NCBI RefSeq assembly: GCF_000143415.4
Contig: NW_003314295.1
Location: 62,001 to 126,000, forward strand
Length of the DNA stretch: 64,000 bases
Reading direction: 5' to 3'
Source: Selaginella moellendorffii
Taxonomy: Eukaryota > Plantae > Lycopodiophyta
The translations under genes were made by a program, and so were the position numbers. This document shows positions 57,234 to 64,000 of the stretch, piece after piece; the stretch's first letter is position 1; every line of letters begins with the position of its first letter. The notes beneath the pieces are model-generated. The model did no database searches and was not told where the DNA came from. It saw only the letters and a program-made list of their open reading frames with translations.

Positions 57234-58460
57234 GCTCAGAGGCGCCATAGCATGGCAGTAGCAGTAAGTGTGTGCAGGTCGTACGCACGGGGCGAGGGAG
57301 TGAAGCGAATTGCGTCACCCGGTACGGGCAATGGGCCGGTTTCGTTATCATTGCTCTCTAATGGGTGCGTAGTAGCATACATATATATAAATATAGGGAA
57401 GGGGAGGTCTCCTGTGACGCAAGAGCAAATCTAAGGCCAGATTTTGGAGATTTGGTCCTTTTGTGCAATGGAGCAGCAGCGGCAGTGGAGCAGTGTCCAG
57501 CAGTGGAGCTGCAGTAGTGACACTGATCGATCAGTCGAGAGCACAGTGCTACTGGAGAACTGAAGAGAGAGAGAGAGAGAGAGATAAGAGGTGAGTGTGT
57601 GTGTGGTTTCTTTCTCTTGCTCGAGGGCGACCACTGCTGTGAGAGCCCTGCTGCGCAAGCGAATGCCAATGGCTGGCGCTGGCTTGGGTCTTCCTGTGAG
57701 TGAGTGGACGGGCTGACTATAAAGTACTGTGGTGAAAGCTCTTTGCTCGCTCTCTCTCCCCGTTCCTTTCGGTTTGCATCGGTGTCTGGTCCTTTCGATT
57801 TCAACCCATCCAGGAGGATCAAATTGTCCACAATTGGGTGTTGTCTCTGGATTTAGTTTAGCTCTTGGCTAATTGCAAGCAAGCAAGCAATGTACTGCCA
57901 TTTAAACACCCACATTTGTGGTGATGGGTGATTTTGTGATTGTCTTTGCATACGACACTTGCAAGTACGCAAAACTTTTGATGGCGATTTTGGATGTTAC
58001 TATATGGCGTGGCGCGAACCTAAGTGTCAACTTTGTAGGGCACTTTGGCCGGTCAAACAACGCTGCTAATAGTATACAAAGCATATACTATTCATGCATG
58101 TCCGCATTAAATAAAATAACTCGTGGTAGGGGTCACATGTCGTGATGATTCCACCTTATAGTAACACCGCGGCGTGCCATATTCGCCCAGATTATTCCTC
58201 CTGCCGCCTTGACCCTTGACAAATCAAGGGCTTGTAGCAGCGCTTCTTGCGTTTGAAGCCATCCATGGAACGAGAGGTCTTTTGTTTACACTCTCTTTCC
58301 TGCCTGCCCGTGAGTCTGTGTGTTTGTGTCAAATCTTTCTTTTGTACTCCACCAGGCCACAGCGAATTGTTTTATATGCCAAGCGTCCATAGATCTCTTC
58401 CCTCCCTCCATGCCAGAAGACCAAACAAAGAAAAACTTACTTGACCATGTCAAATCAAAT

Positions 58461-58487
58461 CACCACCACCACCACCACCACCACCAC
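58461..58487. repeat. (CAC)9 microsatellite
   Basis: caccaccaccaccaccaccaccaccac. Confidence 0.9.
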
Positions 58488-61333
58488 CCAGATTTTACCG
58501 TGTTGTCTTGTTAGGCAGCCGTGGAATCCACCTCCAAGACTCTCTATAGTGTGAACGAGACGCAACCGCCATAGACAATAGTACATACTGCCCAAATGCA
58601 CATGGATTGTGTCAAGGTTTACAAAAATCAATCGACGTCGTGGCATTAAGGTTTGGAAAATCCAGGATCCACGGGCGCTCCGCCGGACGTGTGGCGCGCA
58701 TCCGGGGCGTCGAAAGGCGGCGGCCACAGGCCGTTGGATGCACCGGCGGGCGTCGCCGCCGGGTGGGTCTTGTCGGCATTTATGGTACGGTCGGCCAGTA
58801 GATTTTCTCAATCACCGAGGGCAGGGGGCGGGCTTGTTTTTTCTTTTACCCAACGCTGGCTGGTGGTCTGGGCTCTTGGCTTGGAACCGTTTGGAGGGTG
58901 AAAGAAAAAGTAAAAGTGAATGCCCCGCTGCTAGTCAAAGTACGAGTACGGAACAACAATCACGGCGTGCAGCAGGCGGGGGTGACGCCAGCCTCGGTAC
59001 ACTCATTAAGTAAAAGCATAGGGATATAAAAAAAAATGACGTTGTTTTCTCCTTTATTTTGCTTTGAGCAGGGGATTTCTTTTTTACCCTTTTGTATTTG
59101 CCAGCAGGTAAAAAGTATTAATGCAAAATCGGGCCCGGATCCAGTGGACGGGAGTGGCGGTCTTTTCGAGCGTGGCCGGTTGACACGTCATGCTTGATTG
59201 AACAGGGTTGCCAATTCAGGAAAGGTGGCAACGGGGTCGGCCCTCCGTCGCGATGGAACGGCGCGAAACGTTGCCTAAAAAGGAAACACGCACGCACTAC
59301 GAGAGGGGTATATGTTTGGGTATATGGGTGTGTGAGAGACATGGAAGACGAGCAAAGCAAATATAGTCCCCAACGCCGGACTGTCAGGGAAGGGGGCGGT
59401 ATCTCTTTTGCTTGGGCGAATGCCGCAAAAGGGGACGAGTGTTTGCTTTTGGAAATTGCTTTCTTGGAGCATCATCCACTAGCCCGCGTCTCCTTTGAAT
59501 TCAATCGCTATGAGGGGGTTTTAGGGCTTGGGTTTAGGGTTTATAGGGGGGTTTTGTTAGCGTGCTAATACGCCAGCCCACATGTCGCTCTGTCTGCTGC
59601 CTGTCGTGCATTCTCTGTGTGCCTGTCGTCTCGGGGCCGGGGAAGCGCCGTGACAGTGACCTCGTATTTTATGACATGTGCATGGGGTGTGCAATGGCTT
59701 TCTTGACCGGCGACCGGGGTTAGCGGGCGCTTAAGCAGCTGTTAAGCTAAAGGGGGCTCACGACCACGTTAAAGGTGTGTTAGTTAAGCCCGGGATATTT
59801 AGCAAACACGGCAGTGACAAAGATGTTAAAAACAAGCGAACAAGATGACAACAAGGCGAGTTTGTTAGATCCATCTGTCAATGTAGTAGATCACGAATGA
59901 TTATATTTGAGAGGATCAAAGAAAACTCGGGAGAAGAAAGAGGCACTGAGATTTAGATCTCCTTCTTCTGCTTCTTTCACTCTTGGTCTTGAGCTGGAGC
60001 CTGAGCTCGAGCTCGCTAAGGTTTTCTATCATCCCCAACATTGGAGCAATGGAACTTGGGGCGCGATTAAAAATGTCGCGCATGGATCGATGCAAAGGGG
60101 GCCAAGGTGTGGGAGAAAAAGAGGGAGATAAAAAGGGCTGGGGTCCGTATGGGGCTCGAGAGAGCGTAGCCGTGTGACCGGACCAAAGACATCGTCCTGG
60201 GAGAGCGATATATATACCTCGCTGTGTTGTTTTGTGTGAGAGATAGATAGTGTGTGTGGATTTGTGTGTTCAAGGCTCAATGTTGCTTCGCTCCTGGGCT
60301 CGCAACAGTGGCGTCTCCTTCTTCCCGGCCAGGAGAGGCGAGAGCTTTTAGAGACCAAGATCTCACCAAGATCAAAGTAAGTAACTTATTAAGGATCTCG
60401 CTCTCTCATCGTTTTCTCAATCTTCCCTTCCCTTCTCCTCTTAAACAGCGAAGGGTTCACGTAAATAAGCACAAGAGAGAGAGAGAGAGAGAGAGAGGAG
60501 AGGAAGGAGAGAACGAGGAGGAGAAGAGCTCTCTCTTTCTTTTGGGGAAAGCTGAAAGGATCTCATAGAACTCTGTGTTTGTGGGCGGCGGCGCTCGGTG
60601 GAAAGCGCTTCGTGGTTGGCTGGTCTTTCAGTGTTCTCTTTCTCGTCGTTGCGCGAGCGTGAGCGCTGAGCTCTGAGTAATGAGACGAGGGAGTGAGTGA
60701 GTGAGTGCGCGCTGTACTTGGCTGTCACTGCTGCCAAAAGAAATCCCATCGCTCCCGTCTTCCTCTTCCTTCGTTCCTCGCCTCATCTCGCTCGTCCGGA
60801 GGGTACTCTCTCGCCATTCGACTTGTTTGTGGTCTTGTGTTGTTTTGCTTCCCCATGTACATGTCTTGTTCCTGCTGCCTCTTCGCCTTTGGGTCTCGTA
60901 ACATTCTTCTCAAAATCTAGCGCGCGAGATTGCGAGAGAGAGTTCGCTTCTGAGCACTCTCTGAAAAGCTCCTCTCTACTAGATTAGCTATGGTCTAGGC
61001 TGCTCGAAATCTTTTCTCTAGTTTTCTTCGTGGTTTTTTCTTGGGTTTTAGGAAGAGATCCAAATCCAAATCCCAAGCTTGTCTCTTGTTTTCGTGTTGA
61101 TCCAACATCAATGATGAGCACACCGGTACTAGTGCGTTGCTTCTCTCAAATGCGAGCACGCGAAGATCAGGGAGCCGTCTAGACAACAAAGAGCACCTGT
61201 AACAGCAGTGCTACTGGAAGATATGATCGGCGGCGGGCGATAGTTAATGGGCTCCGAGACCTCTCTTTCCTGGTGATCATCTAGGACTTCAGAACTTCTT
61301 CTCTCTTTTGGGCGAGGAAGAGAGAGAAGAGCG

Positions 61334-64000
61334 ATGAGGTCTTCCGCTAGTAACAGTAATTGGCTCGGCTTCTCTCTCTCGCCACATCTCCCTTCTTTCG
61401 AGCAGCAGCAAGCTCCCTCGTCCATCGGCGACGCCAAGCTCGGTGGTGGCGGTGATCATCTCCAGGGCAGCAGCGCCGCCACCGCGGACTACCAGCAGCA
61501 GCAGCAGCAGCAGCAGCTGGGCAGCAGTGATCAGTCGCCTCATCACCACCACCATCACGAGCTCCAGATGCAGCAGCCGCAGCTCGCCACGGACGGCTCG
61601 CTTTGCATCATGGAAGCGTTCGAGCAGCGGAGATCCAGTAGCGATCAAGGTTTGTTTGTTTTTTCTTGGCTCACTCTTCGTCTTCCTCCTGGCAAAGCTT
61701 CTTCGCGGTCAAGTCTGGCATCTGCATTGCCACTGCCTCTCTTTTCTTTTCCTTTTTCCCTTCTCCTTTGTTTGCGTCTGGCAGTAGAATTATTACAACT
61801 TATTGTTCTTCGTCCTCCTCGAGTTTCCATCCCCCATGGCTTCTCACCCGGTGTTCTTCGCAGATCAATGGCACAAATATGCAGGAATGAGCGCGAGCAT
61901 GCATCCCCAAGTCTACGACTACTCGCGGCTGGGCTTAGAGCCAGCGCAAGCGCAGCAGCACCACCACCACCAGCAACAGCAGCAAATCCACCACCACTAC
62001 GAGAACCTCCTCCGCCCAAAGCCCGAGCACGAAGCTCCCAAGCTGGCGGACTTCCTGGGCGGTGGCTCGTCCCTGGGTGGCGGCGGCGGCCAGTACTCGA
62101 GCCGGGACTCCTCCAACACCAGCCCGGGAGTAGCGAATCTCTTCTACGGTGGTGGTGGCGGCGGAGGCGGCCACCAGCAGCAGCAGCAGCACCACCAGAT
62201 TGGCCACCACCATTCCGGAGCTCCCTTCTCAGCGACGCCGCGGCACCAACACGATCACGCCGCGGAGATCAATGTCAATCTCCCGTATTACAACCTCTAC
62301 GGTGGTGGCCTCGCGGAGGCCACCGGCGAGGGGGGATTCGATCACCACTCGCACCAATCGCGGCACAGCGAATTCGAGCAGCACAGCCAGCAGCAGGCGG
62401 ACGACAATCTCTGCTCCACGATCTCGTCGCTTCATTCCCACTCTAGCCAGCTCGTCGCGGGGCAGGAGATGGATCACCACGGCCACGCGCAGCACCACCA
62501 CGGCCACCAGGAGGCCAGCAGCAGCCTCTTCTCGGACTGCAGCCTGCAGCTCCCCCATAGCTCGAGCAACGCTAGCAATGGCGGGAATATGCTGGGGATA
62601 TCCGCGCTCAAGACTTGGCTCCGCCAGCACCAGCAAGGATCCTCTCCTCCCGGCGGCGATCATCAGCTCGCAACCAAGGCCACCATCGCCCCCGCCATCG
62701 CCGCCAATCCGGGCGCCGCCAAGAGCACCGCCACCGGAGGCGCATCCGGAGAGTTTAGCGCGCTGGCGAATTTGCAGTCCTTGACGCTGTCCATGAGCCC
62801 CGGCTCGCAGTCCAGCACCGCCGCCGCCGCTCCATCGCAGGTCGCGGCTGCCGATCATCACAGTCCTTGCAACGCTGCTGGAGCGAATCTCTGCTGCTCC
62901 ACTACCTCCGCGCTCGTCACCAGTGCGGCCGCCGCCACCGCTGCCGCTGTCGCTCCCAGCGATCCGGTTTCCAGCGACCAGCCGCCCAAGAAGAGGCCCA
63001 AGGCCGGTGGCAAGGAGCCGTCTCCCAGGAAATCCATCGACACCTTCGGACAGAGAACGTCAATCTATCGAGGCGTTACAAGGTACGTGATCGACAACTT
63101 TTGATCGATATATGGAGGAACCATAGCTAGACTAATCACGGGTTTGATGGAGCAGGCATCGCTGGACTGGACGTTACGAGGCACATCTGTGGGACAATAG
63201 TTGTCGAAAGGAGGGCCAGACCAGGAAAGGGAGGCAAGGTATGTTCATTGTTGATCATTCGATACAAAGTTCCGCGAGCTGACCGCTCTCTCTTTTGCTT
63301 TTTTGCTTTTTCGTATACGTGGTGGTGGACGCAACTTCGTTGGATCGATCAATGCGCAGTTTACCTGGGTGAGTGTCACTCTTTGTTGTTCGTGCTTGAA
63401 GTGTTTTTTCGTTCCTCATTTAATGTTTCTTGCCGGGAATGAATGCGCAGGGGGTTATGACAAGGAAGAGAAAGCAGCGCGAGCGTATGATCTGGCGGCG
63501 CTCAAGTATTGGGGACCTACGACCACCATCAACTTTCCTGTGAGATTCCTTCCTCTTGTATTATTCATGAACTCACAAGACCGTGTGTAAACTACGTTTT
63601 GATTGGCATCAGCTAAGTGACTATGAAAAGGAGCTAGAGGAGATGAAACACATGACACGGCAGGAGTTTGTGGCTTCCCTTAGAAGGTATTTCAGTCGTT
63701 CCCCAGCTTGCCTCCCAAGATTTCTTCGCTGAAAAATGTGTGTTCGCAGGAAAAGTAGTGGGTTTTCTAGAGGAGCATCGATTTACAGGGGAGTGACGAG
63801 GTAAGCGTGGCGTGAATCCTTCTACTTCGCGATTCCTAACAAGCTTTAAATCATGCAGACACCATCAACAAGGACGCTGGCAAGCCCGGATTGGAAGAGT
63901 AGCCGGCAACAAAGATCTTTACCTCGGAACTTTCAGTAAGTTCTCAGTTGTTTAAAGCAATGCAATGCCTCGCTCGGTCTGATCTTGTTTAAACCAACCA
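61334..64000 (+). CDS. euANT (AINTEGUMENTA/PLETHORA-like) double-AP2 transcription factor, 3' end runs off the window
   Basis: [102 protein letters not shown] and [19 protein letters not shown]. Confidence 0.96.

Noticed and set aside
54100-61300. Many 60-190 aa ORFs and possible conserved miRNA hairpins (miR156/529-like GA-rich stretches)
   Set aside because: No domains or splice structure. The GA-rich stretches are simple repeats without a matching star arm.

Overview
Eukaryotic, gene-dense land-plant DNA with about 28 protein-coding loci. Introns of about 50-60 nt, very short intergenic gaps and PLS/SS-type PPR genes point to the lycophyte Selaginella (inferred, not database-verified). 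Ordinary genes: DUF707, a DsbA-like thioredoxin-fold protein, RPL17, three PPRs, TMO5-like bHLH, LIN37, PTF2, F-box, CML, UBE2W-type E2, GS1, J20-like DnaJ, PTPMT/DSP8, MSD1/ADIP, a DnaJ-like Zn finger, a FAD+Rieske oxidoreductase, an At5g03900-like protein, an SDR, and a 3'-truncated AINTEGUMENTA/PLETHORA AP2 gene behind a ~7 kb gene-free region. The oddest material lies in an accessory island at about 5.6-20.2 kb. It holds an in-frame chimera of an EamA transporter 5' half fused to a RING-CH E3 ligase through a 23-nt hybrid intron remnant, with the ligase's own TM exons disabled. It also holds a minimal intronless USP deubiquitinase, a divergent intronless Dof-like gene with a 73-bp palindrome upstream, and a decayed Ty3/gypsy element. 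Also notable: a stand-alone RecQ-tail (HTH_40 + winged helix) gene with a presequence-like N-terminus, a candidate sperm-flagellar LRR gene, and a Zn-domain-less YVH1/DUSP12 head-to-head with RPL17. All exon models and family calls were made by eye; no database search was run.
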